The notes under the pieces are model-generated. The model ran no database searches and was not told where the DNA came from. It was given only the letters and a program-made list of their open reading frames with translations. The translations under genes and the position numbers were made by a program. DNA of 64,000 nucleotides. Origin: Candidatus Thorarchaeota archaeon. GTDB taxonomy: Archaea > Asgardarchaeota > Thorarchaeia > Thorarchaeales > Thorarchaeaceae. The stretch lies in contig CAVSBO010000003.1 in NCBI GenBank assembly GCA_963726195.1, forward strand, positions 1 through 64,000, given 5' to 3'. Of this stretch, positions 45,052-55,744 are shown piece after piece; position 1 is the first letter of the stretch; every line of letters starts with the position of its first letter.

Positions 45052-46895
45052 CTAACTCTGAGTCTTCTCTCTCAGCTCTCTGCGGAGAACCTTTCCGACC
45101 ATTGTCTTCGGCAAGTCAGTAACGAACTCGACTGATGTTGGAACCTTGTAGACGGCCATCTTCTCTTTGCAGAACTTGCGAATCTCTTCCTCAGTTGCGG
45201 TCTTGCCCGGCTGAAGAATGATGAACGCCTTCACGGTCTCCCCACGCACCTTGTCAGGCACGCCAATGACTGCGGCTTCCTTGACTGCCGGATGCTCGAA
45301 CAGAATCTCTTCCACATCTCTTGGCCAGACCTTGTATCCTGCGGCATTGATCAAGTCCTTCTTGCGGTCGACTATGAAAGTCCACCCATCTTTGTCCATC
45401 TTGGCAATGTCGCCGGTGAGTAGCCAGCCATCCTTAGAAAGTACAGCGGCTGTTTCGTCAGGTCGGTTGTGATAGCCCATCATAACTTGTGGTCCCTTGA
45501 CGGCAAGTTCACCAATCTCATCAGGCCCCAAGACCTTTGAAGAGTTCTCAAGGTCTACTATCCTGCTGTAGGTACTCGGGAATGGGAGCCCTATCGAACC
45601 GATTTTTCGGAGGCCTTTGTCCAAGGGGTTTGCGTGAGTGACTGGAGACGCCTCAGTCAAACCGTATCCTTCGATGATGATTGCGTTCGTCGCTTCCTCA
45701 AACCTCTTGGTGACTTCAGCTGGCAATGCCATAGCGCCTGCGATTGCCATCTTCAGAGAGGTAAGCTTGTACTTCTTCACATCGGGGTGGCTATAGATGG
45801 AAATCGCCATTGTAGACACTATTGGGAACATTGTCGGTTTGAGGTTGTTAATCTCCTCCAACAGATGCTTGACGTCACGCGGATTAGGAATCAGGATTAT
45901 GCCGCTTGCCCATGATATGGCCAAGTTCATTGACACGGTCTGTCCGAATATGTGCTGCATTGGAAGCGCTGCCACAAAGACCTCTTTACCTTTGGTGGCA
46001 ATCCAGTCCATCCAAGCGCCACACTGAGCGCAGTTCGCCTTCAAGTTGTTGTGTGTTAGCATTGCGGCCTTGGGAGTTCCGGTGGTTCCGCCTGTGAACT
46101 GATAGACAGCGAGGTCCTTCGCCGGATCGATGGTGACCTTCGGGGCTTCGGGCTTAGCTGCCGCAAGAAAATCGAGCCAATTGCGGTCACCCTTGCGAAG
46201 GGGAGGAACATCCTTCATCTCATTCTTGTAAACGGTCTTTGGGGCAAGAGCTTTTTCGCTGAGCCGAGAGGATCCCAGCCGGCCGTGACTATGACGTTTT
46301 CGAGGTCGGATTCTTTGCGAACTTCCTCGACAAGGCGGTAGAAGAAGTTGAGAACCACAATCGTCTTTGCTTTCGTGTCCTGCAAGTATGTCCTAAGCTC
46401 TTTTGCTACGCTCAATGGGTTGATTGGTGCAACGATGGCGCCGCACTTCAGTGCTGCGAAGTATGATATTACGAACTGAGGACAGTTTGGAAGCATTATC
46501 GCGACCGTATCACCCTTCTTGACACCAAGTGATGCGAATCCATTCGCCGCCTTGTCTATGAATGTGCCAAGTTCCTTGTAGGTGACCTTGATGCCTTCGT
46601 AGTATAGGGCGACGTTGTTTGGAAACTCCGCAATAGCCTTGTCAAGCTGGGCGTACAATGGTCCATCTGGAATCTTGATGTCCGGCGGAGTCTTGCCGAC
46701 ATAGCTCTTCAGCCAAGGTCTTTCCTCTCTTGGGGGTGCGGCCATGGGCTTCGGAGCAGTGGGAGCTGGAGCTGCAGCTGGCTTTGGAGCTGGAGCTGGT
46801 TTCGGGGCAGGAGCTGGAGCTGCTGGAGCTGGTTTCGGTGGGGCAGCAGCAGGCTTCTTCTCCTCCTTCTTGGGTTTCGCTTCTTTTTTAGCCAT
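45052..46895 (-). CDS. fadD: Long-chain fatty acid--CoA ligase with Pro/Ala/Lys-rich N-terminal extension (one frameshift)
   Basis: FTGGTTGTPK, EGYGLTEASP, TGDIA, DRKKDLI, LPKTMVGK. Confidence 0.92.
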
Positions 46896-47005
46896 GATCT
46901 CTCTCCTCTGTTATAACAAAGGCAAGTATGTGGGATGGACTGTCATGCTAGATTTATCCCTTTGGGAGCCTCGTCTGCGACCATATAGCATGGTGCCATA
47001 GCATC

Positions 47006-48262
47006 TCAAGCAGTGCACGTACGGCTAGATGAACTACAGGTCCGGACTGCTGTCTCTTGACATGCTAGTGAACAGCCTCCCTGAGAACAGACCAAAAACG
47101 CTCTTGCCGCAATGCTTGCGGCCCTGTTCGCCTTCGTTGATCCAGATGACATCAGACTTGCTACCATGTCTTGCAGCTTGGTATCGCGATGACCTATTTC
47201 AAACAAAATGTCTGCAAGCGAACTAGTGAAGAGCTTCTGAGCGACCAGTTGTCGCTTCATGTCACGTCCAAAGCTATGCCTCCACGCTCTCTCATAAGTG
47301 ATAAAGGATTCTGCTTGGAGGTCGTCTTGCTCCAGTGCGCTCGCCAATGCAATAGCGGCGAACTTGCCTGCACGCATTGCGTAAGCTATCCCTCCACCCG
47401 TCAGGGGACTCACCATGCCTGCGGAGTCGCCCACCAAAAGGCACCGGTCTGAAATTGTGCATGGTATTGACCCTGCCGTGGGAACCAAAGCTCCTCTTGC
47501 ATGAGATGGATCTGCGCTGGGAACGAGGAGACCTTTCTTTTTTAGCATTCTAACGAACAGGGCAAACCGGGCTACGAGGTTTCCTCCAGTATTAGTGACG
47601 AAGCCCAGTCCAACATTCACGGTCTGCGTTTTCGGAAAGATCCAACCATACCCGGGACGCTGTCCGAAGTTAGCAAAGAAGTGGTATTCTTTGTCTTCGC
47701 CATAGTAGTCCGAAATCTGCGACTCCTTTGCAGGGACCTCCATGACTTTGCATGCTGTGAGCGCTCTTGGAGGCCACCGTATGTTGAGACCTGTGTCACG
47801 TGCGACGGTGCTGCTAACTCCGTCCGCACCGATGATAGCCCTTGCATCGACTACCTTTCCGTCAGAAAGCTGGACTGCTGCTTTTTCATCGCCGATTTGA
47901 ACCGACTTCACCCTGACAGGAGTGAGATAGTCTGCGCCTTGTACGAGGGCATCGTGAAACAGAGTATTGTCAAACTGCTCTCTTAATGTCATAATCATCT
48001 CTGCGTGGCCTTTGAGAGTGACGAGCCCGTTTCCTGAATGAAGCACGCCGGTTCTTGAGATACTCTTAGGAAAGCTATTGTCTCTGCTCTTTAGGTAGCC
48101 AAACTCCTCAAGTAGCTGAGGAGAGAAACCCCCTCCACAAGGCTTGTCCCTTGGGAACTTGCACTTGTCAATAAGACATACACTCAATCCCAGCTTGGCC
48201 AAGTACCTTGCAGCCGTTGATCCTGCAGGTCCAGCGCCGACTATCGCAACATCGTACATCAT
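47006..48262 (-). CDS. Geranylgeranyl reductase family FAD oxidoreductase
   Basis: [39 protein letters not shown]. Extreme C-terminus may be frameshifted. Confidence 0.9.
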   Translation of the reverse strand: MMYDVAIVGAGPAGSTAARYLAKLGLSVCLIDKCKFPRDKPCGGGFSPQLLEEFGYLKSRDNSFPKSISRTGVLHSGNGLVTLKGHAEMIMTLREQFDNTLFHDALVQGADYLTPVRVKSVQIGDEKAAVQLSDGKVVDARAIIGADGVSSTVARDTGLNIRWPPRALTACKVMEVPAKESQISDYYGEDKEYHFFANFGQRPGYGWIFPKTQTVNVGLGFVTNTGGNLVARFALFVRMLKKKGLLVPSADPSHARGALVPTAGSIPCTISDRCLLVGDSAGMVSPLTGGGIAYAMRAGKFAAIALASALEQDDLQAESFITYERAWRHSFGRDMKRQLVAQKLFTSSLADILFEIGHRDTKLQDMVASLMSSGSTKANRAASIAARAFLVCSQGGCSLACQETAVRTCSSSSRTCTA

Positions 48263-48414
48263 TGGTCAACTTGTGCGAGGCAAGATCCCGTCTATTCTCT
48301 TTGCTGGTTGCGGAGGATCGAGTACGTCTTCATCCCTGCATAACCACTCCATGAATATGGCTCGGATTGCGGCTGCGAAAACGACGAGCAACAGCCAGAT
48401 GTGTCCTCTGGTTC

Positions 48415-48687
48415 CTATATTCTGGCGCCGCAGTTCTTGCAGTTCGTTGTTCCCTGTTCGTTCTTAGTGCCGCAGAATGGACAGACCACCAGTACCTTCT
48501 CAATCACCGTTTGGGTCTGAATCACTCTTGTCGGTTGGGTTTCAGAGGGTCTCTCCACATAGTGGATCTCTTTCACCACTTTCTGTCTTCGTCGACAGCA
48601 ACAACTACAGCAACAAGCAATAAGCAAAAGAATGACCAAGAATGAAAAGAGACCGTACAAAGCGAGAAATTGTGTAATCTGCAGCAA
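48415..48687 (-). CDS. Single-TM protein with Cys string and C-terminal zinc ribbon
   Basis: TM followed by CCCSCCCRRRQK; CPFCG...CKNCGA. Confidence 0.75.
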   Translation of the reverse strand: MLQITQFLALYGLFSFLVILLLIACCCSCCCRRRQKVVKEIHYVERPSETQPTRVIQTQTVIEKVLVVCPFCGTKNEQGTTNCKNCGARI

Positions 48688-48862
48688 CTGAATCCGCCTA
48701 ATCTAGAATCCGCAGAACTGGCATTTATCTTATACTTGTACGAAGAGTAATGCGTCTCCGGTTACGTTGACCATATTCAATGCATAGGAACATGACAAGT
48801 CGCGGCAATGTAACAACGCGGGAACATACCCCCCTGTCAATTGCCACTCAAAGCGGGGTGAA

Positions 48863-49780
48863 CTAGATTCTTGGTGGCTTGAGATAGACCTCGAAAACGC
48901 CTGTCCAGAGGTCGCTGCTTTCTTCGGCCTTGATTAGCATGTCTCCATCAAAATTGACACCCACGGGCTTGGCGCTGCTCTTCTTCCAGATATCTGAGAA
49001 GATGATTGAATGAACCTGCGTCTGAAAATCCTCTGTCACCCGAGATATTATTCTCTCGATGTATGCACTGTCAATTCCCTGAGCTGAAAGATCGCCAGTC
49101 TGTTTGAATATCCGTTCCTTTGTTATCGCCCCTTCCTTCTTGTCGAAGGCGTAGCCCAATCCGCCTACCAAGTAGAAGACACCGTGCGGTACACTAGGTT
49201 CGTTGCCGATTACAATTATGTCATTGTTCGTGAGCACGACAAACTGTGGACTTGCGACATTGAAGGGTATGGACGCAGCTTCGACCGAAACCTCATCCAT
49301 GCCAAGGTCGATTGAAAGGAAGTGATCGAGTGTCTTCACCTTTGTGTCAAAGGCGAACGGCTCGAAGTCGCCGGCGAGTATGACGTTCCTAGCTTTCCTT
49401 ATGAGGAGGTCAATGATGCCCTGGCACTTCTTCAGGAACTCAACCCGTTCTTCCTTCTTGTGAAGTATGCGTCGGGCAGATATTACCAGCTTAAGATACT
49501 CAAGCGACCTAAAGCCAGATAGGAGTGTCTTGCTGAAGTAGGTGTTTCTATCGGACTCCAGGAAGCCCTCATTGCGAGCCAACTCGCGCGGAAGGGGTTC
49601 TCCTATATAGACCTGCGCAGGTCGATCTGCTTCCTGGGTCTTGAAGAAGATACCAATATCCAAGCCCACCCGAGGAATCTCAGTAAGCTGTCTGACAAAG
49701 GCTCCGTCAGGTACAATCTCTCGTGAACGCGCTTTTTGGTAGATTTGTGTGTATTTGCTGAAGATATCGGTCCGCGACAT
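48863..49780 (-). CDS. Hypothetical soluble protein
   Basis: 305-aa ORF with GGAG upstream; no recognised motif. Confidence 0.75.
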   Translation of the reverse strand: MSRTDIFSKYTQIYQKARSREIVPDGAFVRQLTEIPRVGLDIGIFFKTQEADRPAQVYIGEPLPRELARNEGFLESDRNTYFSKTLLSGFRSLEYLKLVISARRILHKKEERVEFLKKCQGIIDLLIRKARNVILAGDFEPFAFDTKVKTLDHFLSIDLGMDEVSVEAASIPFNVASPQFVVLTNNDIIVIGNEPSVPHGVFYLVGGLGYAFDKKEGAITKERIFKQTGDLSAQGIDSAYIERIISRVTEDFQTQVHSIIFSDIWKKSSAKPVGVNFDGDMLIKAEESSDLWTGVFEVYLKPPRI

Positions 49781-49947
49781 TGAGCTCCCTTTGCAGAAGA
49801 TTGGACCATCCTCTATTATCTTTGTCGTGTCTCATCAGCGGAAAGCCAGCAGGCACGATGTATAAATACACGGCACAACAACTCCCAATGAACTGACTGT
49901 CTACTGCTTTGACCGCCTCCGGAGGCGCTTCAAGCAGGTCTAGGTGC

Positions 49948-50250
49948 ATGGGAATGAGTAGAAGAGTCAAAAGTGGCAGCTTGCTGGTCACAGGTGTTAT
50001 CATGTTTGCGTTCTCTTTCATAGCGATGTTGCCTATTGATGGACTGTATGTTGTTTCGTTGGCAGTAATGTTTTGTGGAATAGTGCTAGCAGGAATCGGA
50101 GGCGCAATGGCAAAGGGGTATGAGGGTTCCCTCGATGCACCGGCGGGTGAATGCTACTTCTGCAAGGGCACCGGAAAAGTGCCTGGCGTAAAGGAGCCTG
50201 AGACGTGCCCGCGTTGCGGTGGAACGGGCAGGGCAAGACCTGACGAGTAG
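49948..50250 (+). CDS. Two-TM protein with DnaJ-type zinc finger
   Basis: CYFCKGTG and CPRCGGTG after two TMs. Confidence 0.75.
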   Translation: MGMSRRVKSGSLLVTGVIMFAFSFIAMLPIDGLYVVSLAVMFCGIVLAGIGGAMAKGYEGSLDAPAGECYFCKGTGKVPGVKEPETCPRCGGTGRARPDE

Positions 50251-50260
50251 AGGGGTATGG

Positions 50261-51004
50261 ATGCCGAGGTCAGCGCATGTTCATCCGGGAAAGCGAGACT
50301 TGCACAGAGCGATTGTCATAGGCCATCGAGGTGCTTGGGCTTATGCCCCGGAGAACACCATGCTTTCATTCGAGACTGCATGGAAACTGAAGGCCGACAT
50401 GGTTGAGTTGGATGTTCGTGCAACTTCGGATGGCCAACTCGTATGTATTCATGATTCTGATGTTTCAAGAATCACGGGGACAAGCGGGCTTATTGCAGAA
50501 ATGACGCTCAAAGAAGTCAGGCGCCTTGACGCAGGGAGAGGACAGAAGATTCCTCTTCTTGGAGAAGTGCTGGACTATGCCCGAGGCAGACTGGCGGTTG
50601 ACATCGAGCTCAAAGTTACAGGCATAGAGGAGAGTTTGCTTGGCCTTGTGAGAGAACGAGAGATGATTGGCTCGGTCATCTTCTCATCGTTCTTGCATTC
50701 AACTCTAGAGCACCTAAGAGATCTTGACAAGGAAGCCAAGACTGCAGTTCTATACAGTGAACCGATGGACGACCCTGTGCAGTATGCACTAAATCTCGAG
50801 TCGAATGCTATCAATCCATTGTTCTACATTCTGGAGCCCGAACACGTAAGGCTTGCTCATGAATCAGGGTTGAAAACCTATCCTTGGACCGTCAACGATG
50901 CTGAAATGATGACACAGCTGCTCTCGATGAATGTGGATGGGCTGGTCACGGACTGTCCGGACATAGCAGTGCAGGTATTCGACTCATACTTCGGACCGCA
51001 CTAG
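50261..51004 (+). CDS. Glycerophosphodiester phosphodiesterase
   Basis: IGHRGA..PENT, VELDV, IHD, IELK, WTVND, TDCP. Confidence 0.93.
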   Translation: MPRSAHVHPGKRDLHRAIVIGHRGAWAYAPENTMLSFETAWKLKADMVELDVRATSDGQLVCIHDSDVSRITGTSGLIAEMTLKEVRRLDAGRGQKIPLLGEVLDYARGRLAVDIELKVTGIEESLLGLVREREMIGSVIFSSFLHSTLEHLRDLDKEAKTAVLYSEPMDDPVQYALNLESNAINPLFYILEPEHVRLAHESGLKTYPWTVNDAEMMTQLLSMNVDGLVTDCPDIAVQVFDSYFGPH

Positions 51005-51082
51005 CTGCCTTCCAAATGCATTTGCGGCACTTATCCCCAATTCGAGGGCCTGATGCTTTGCCTCTTACTACAGAACCCGTAT

Positions 51083-53027
51083 TCATCGGGATATTTTCAG
51101 CTTGAGGCCTTGTGTTATCATCTTCAGCCTGATTCCGGCTGAGAGCCATGTAATCACGCAGGTTATCTCAATGCTCACTATTAGCATTACAAGCAGCGTA
51201 ATGCCAACTGAGATGTCGCTAGCCGTTGGGAACCTTGAGAATATCGAAAACAAGAACAGAGCGACTAGTATCCCGGCCACAAGGCCTGCGGCAGCCGCAA
51301 TTCTCACGAACTGCCCCTCGAGTTGATATCCTGCTTTGAGAATGTCATTGCCTAAGTTCAGGTTGAGGGAGATGACGAGGACAAAGCTGATGGCGTATAG
51401 GCCAAAGATAAGTGCTGCAGATGTGAGAGCTTGGTGGGTCACGCCCGGATTACCCGATATCGTTATCGCCATCAGTGCGAATATTAGGCTCATACCTCCA
51501 ATGATTCCTGAGCCGCCATAGCCGCGGCCAAAGGCAAAGCCGCCAATCGCCACATTGCGGACCAGCAGGCAGCCCAATACTGTGCCCATTATCGTAGCTC
51601 CCTGCACATTCGGTGGAACGCCTGCTACGAATGCCACGTTGAACCATCTGTTGGCGGGCCAAAGGGCAGGAGGGCCACTCCCAAATCCACCCAACATGAA
51701 GATTACAAACAGTATTGACGAGGCTATGGTCACTATCACAGTTAGGAACTGCTGCGAGAAATGCGTGAATTTCCGGAACCAAGTCTCAATCATGAGTATT
51801 GCTTGAGTAAGAATCACTAGTACCCAAGCGAAAATGACAACCCCTGATAGCACATAGGGCCCCAAGAGCATATAGATCGAGGCCAACACCAACGGCAGAC
51901 CTGTCACAACATCAGTCGACCGAGTGTAAGCATAGCCCATGAGAAACATTATGGCGGCGGGACATAGTGTCAGAAAGACACTCCACCTAGGAACGAGATA
52001 TGACAACCCACCCCCTGAAGCCGCCAAGCCAGTGGAGCACTGGCCAGCACCAAAGATGCCGACGATTGCCATGAAAATCATCAAGTACTTCCAGGCGCCC
52101 TTCACAATATCCTCTGATATCTGCGACTCGCGGAGTCTCTTTAGCGCCCAGTCTTGGTCCCAACAACGACCAGAACAACATGGATGACAGAATAGATCCG
52201 ACAAGATAGGGCGCCGTTGTAAAGACGACGTGCGGCCCGACGGTAGTGCCGCTAGACCAAGGCAGCCACACGGGCGTGCCATCAACGACCTGAAGGGCAC
52301 TACCCAGAGCCGCAGCGCCTCCCAGAAGGAATGTGACAAACCCAGAGAGTCCAAAACCGAACTTAGCGGTATCCGTGCTTCTGGCGTATTCCCTAATCTG
52401 AGATCTCGGACCCCACCAGAACTGGAACATCGCCAGCTGACCTCCCAGCAATAGCAAGTATCCAAGGGCTGGGCTGACAGCGAGCATGGGAAGGAAGAAT
52501 CCATTCATCAAACCTGCAAGCATACCCCAGTATGACTTGCTTGAGTCAATGTATACAACTGAGTTAAATTGCCATACAATGATGAAGACTGAGCCACTTA
52601 CGGCAAGTGAGCCCATGTACGCTTCAACTGGGCTAGACTCCGTTGGCAATACGCCAGTGCCACTCAAAATCGCAAGAGCGACGCTGAGGGTAACTACCGC
52701 TGTGAAAATCATCCGCAATGGTGTATTTGATTCAGTGAGCGACCCGATCACTTTGGCTCCTCTGTATTGCAATAGTAGCCCGACGGCAAGAAGAATGACG
52801 AACGCTCCTGACACACCGATGCCAGCCTGGTTCTGAGTGAGTTGAAGCCCGAATGCTGGAATCTCAAGTGCCAACCCCGCTGGAACCATACCGACTGCCG
52901 CTAATGACACGAGACCAAGTACGGATGCTGCGACACCCAGAAGACTGCCAAAGCCTGCTAGCCTGTCAAGAGGTAGGTTCGTTTCCGATTCCGAGCCGAC
53001 TATTTCAGAAGTAACAGACTCTGCCAT
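51083..53027 (-). CDS. Large polytopic hypothetical membrane protein (one frameshift near 52140)
   Basis: ORFs 51987-53027 and 51083-52504 join at GPRLGAK/LRESQ; at least 15 hydrophobic segments. Confidence 0.75.
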
Positions 53028-53199
53028 CTATCAGTCCTCAGGTCGATGGTCCATGCAACGCGACAACGACCGCTTCTGGTGGTATAAATGCATATCGGAC
53101 CAAGCGAGCGAATGATTTGGTCAAATCGATGGAATAGCTGGTCCCACAATTCAAAGCATAAAAGAAGGAGTCTACTAGAAAGAGTCGGTGGTTAACGAA

Positions 53200-53346
53200 G
53201 TGACTGCAGTTGAGCTCTATGTGAAAGGGAAGAGAATAGCTATGAACGAGTTTGCAAGCAAGATTGTTGCCGATGTCTTCATGGCTGTTCTTTCGAACTT
53301 GAAGGACGTAAGTGTAGAAGGGATTACAAGAATAGAAGTTAGGTAA
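53200..53346 (+). CDS. 48-aa protein resembling the MobB C-terminal-like small domain
   Basis: GTG start; MTAVELYVKGKRIAMNEFASKIVADVFMAVLSNLKDVSVEGITRIEVR. Below the ORF-track cutoff. Confidence 0.7.
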   Translation: MTAVELYVKGKRIAMNEFASKIVADVFMAVLSNLKDVSVEGITRIEVR

Positions 53347-53452
53347 TCCACCTTCAAGCCGGAGGCGCAGATGACTTGCCTAGGGCAACGAAAGAGGATT
53401 GACGCCGCACCAAGTTAATATGCGGACAAGGACAGCTCAGCACGACAGGAAA

Positions 53453-53575
53453 GTGAAAGACACTTACCAACGTAAGACCACGGACAGCCTTCTTTTCCTA
53501 GTGTTGCTCATCTCTCTAGTTATTCTGCTCTGGGCTTTGGCACTAATCTTCGTGCCATACTGGCTTTCGCCATGA
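53453..53575 (+). CDS. 40-aa single-TM microprotein
   Basis: MKDTYQRKTTDSLLFLVLLISLVILLWALALIFVPYWLSP; TTAATA about 35 bp upstream. Confidence 0.5.
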   Translation: MKDTYQRKTTDSLLFLVLLISLVILLWALALIFVPYWLSP

Positions 53576-53594
53576 GACACTCGTAGGCACATTG

Positions 53595-54358
53595 CTACTT
53601 GATTGCCGAGTAGATCTCTTGCATATGTTGAGTGAATTCACTTTCAGGATGCTTCAGACACACAATGTATCTACTACCTGCCTCAATCAGTATTTGGAGC
53701 ATAGGAATAATAGTGACCACTTTCGTCTTGAACTTCCGCTCAACTTCTTCGATTATGGCCTTGTCTTCGTAGATACTGGGCTTCTTGTTGATTATGATGC
53801 GGGTATCCGGCACCTGCAGCTTGTTGGCAACGCTCAAAGTCGCCGCTGTCCCCAGCAGATCTTGTTCATCGATTCTGGCCACTACGAGTAGAAAGTCCGT
53901 TGTCGCCATCGATAACAGAGTTTCGCGGTCGAGACCCGGATGGGTGTCGATGATTAGGTAGTCCAAGTTCTTTGCTTTGATTACTTCGCTGAACCCGTTC
54001 TTAAGGTCGCTAACTTCGTAACCTTCCCTGAGAATGCGTGTAATATCGGTGGCGCTCATCGAACTTGGAATCAAGAAAGCTGTCCTCGCTTTATTCCGAG
54101 TTCGCTGGTCATATCCATGCATGCATCCTTGATGTCACACTCCCCTCGCAAGTAGTCATTGAGTGTGTGCTTGAGCTTCTGTCTGCCCAGCCCAAAGATT
54201 ACATGGATACCCGGTGATGCTACGTCGGTATCCATTACGGCGACTCTCTTACCATCGAGGGCCACAACTGCAGCGAGATTCGCCGCTATGTTTGATTTTC
54301 CAGTTCCCCCTCTGAAGCTGTGAATACATACTATCTTGCATGCTATATCAGCGCACAT
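53595..54358 (-). CDS. MinD/ParA family ATPase, RGG variant (one frameshift near 54075)
   Basis: HSFRGGTGKSNIAANLA, VMDTD, YLIIDTHPG, IIINK. Confidence 0.9.
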
Positions 54359-55646
54359 GCTGCATCACCCTATCCGTTTTATATTCGACATAGTTGCCCA
54401 ACGACTTGAGCACTTCAAGTATACGAGCCGCAGGGATTCCCGTTTTGTCAGCTATTTCCTTCAGCGAATATGCTCCTGTGCAGTAACGCCAGACGGCATC
54501 GACTACGCGATAGTCCTTATTATTCATTCCTGCGATTTCTAGGAAGGCTGCGAAGCGCTGGTCCCTTTCCGACATAACAGGAAACAGCTTTGCGATCCTC
54601 ACTATGCCTTTTGAAATGAGGTGCGCCAACACCTCTGTCGTCACTTCTGTTGTGAAGCCCGTCTTCTCCACTATGTCTGCAATTGTATTCTTCTGATCCA
54701 CCGTATTTAGTACAACTATGGCGCTAGCACGCAAGCTGTCCTGTAATCCGGCTAGAATCCTACGTGGGCTGTCCAGCACCTTGGTCACTGGAAGCAAAGG
54801 CACAACAACGTCATAGTCATAGAAGGCGGTTGACTCTGCCAAGTATGTTGGCAGAACCTTCTTCATCTTTGTTAGCTCGAGTGACATGACAGCTGCAAGG
54901 ACCGGCTCCACTATCCTCAGAAGCTCGCCGTTTGGTCTAGCTGCATCGACGACGAAGATGCAATACACTTCATTGTCTGACCTGGTAACGAAGAAGCACG
55001 TCATCGGATCTAGGCTGGTGTGTACGAGAGTGAGGCTCTTCTCCGCGGCCTTTGGACCTGAGCCTAGACCGTTCAAGAGGTCGAGCAAAGCTTCCATCTC
55101 ATAAGTTCTCAAGTTGGATGCTAGGACAAACCCATCATTCGTGAGTGCTGCTCCTCTCATCACACCTGGACTGTTCTCCGCCTGCGCCATAACGACCTTC
55201 AACTGTCTCAAGTCATCGGCGGGCAGGAGACCTATCTTGTAGCGTCTTGCCAGACCGGGAATCCCATCAAATCTCTGGAGCGTAGCCTCTACAGTATCTG
55301 TGAAACCCTTGAACGCTCGGGGATCGCTAGTCTCACGTTTGAGTTCTGTATAGAAAGTGCTCACAAACTGATCTGCCAGGTCGCGAAGGATTACGCGATA
55401 TATCTCGGCGCTGTCTTCCTGTAGGATTAGCGCTACGAACAATAGGTCGCCCTTGCGCAACCAGACGAACTTGTTAGAAGCAAAGGATACGACCCTGATT
55501 TGTTGCTCACTTACCTGCTCCGCTAGAGAACCCATAGCAGAGAGAAAGGCCGCAACCAATTCGTCTAGCTTCTTTGCGCCGCTGACACTGTAATGAAACA
55601 GAGGGATTCCTGTTTCTCGCAGAATGATAACTTCCTTTACCAACAC
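54348..55646 (-). CDS. Longin-roadblock-wHTH-wHTH protein (NPRL2/GATOR1-like)
   Basis: Longin start IILRETGIPLF..AAFLSAM; roadblock-like GAALTNDGFVLASNL; two wHTH (TIADIVEKTG..LISKGIV; CTGAYSLKEIADKTG). Confidence 0.75.
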   Translation of the reverse strand: MLVKEVIILRETGIPLFHYSVSGAKKLDELVAAFLSAMGSLAEQVSEQQIRVVSFASNKFVWLRKGDLLFVALILQEDSAEIYRVILRDLADQFVSTFYTELKRETSDPRAFKGFTDTVEATLQRFDGIPGLARRYKIGLLPADDLRQLKVVMAQAENSPGVMRGAALTNDGFVLASNLRTYEMEALLDLLNGLGSGPKAAEKSLTLVHTSLDPMTCFFVTRSDNEVYCIFVVDAARPNGELLRIVEPVLAAVMSLELTKMKKVLPTYLAESTAFYDYDVVVPLLPVTKVLDSPRRILAGLQDSLRASAIVVLNTVDQKNTIADIVEKTGFTTEVTTEVLAHLISKGIVRIAKLFPVMSERDQRFAAFLEIAGMNNKDYRVVDAVWRYCTGAYSLKEIADKTGIPAARILEVLKSLGNYVEYKTDRVMQHVR

Positions 55647-55744
55647 AAAACCCTCAGCGAGCTGAGAACGACTTCTGAGCCGCTCCCACTGCTATTATAC
55701 CTTGTCAGCGCAATATCCGCATACCAAAACGGGCCCAGGTTCAG

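Noticed and set aside
46760-46840. GCTGGA repeats as a CRISPR or mobile repeat
   Set aside because: They are in-frame coding repeats for Pro-Ala.
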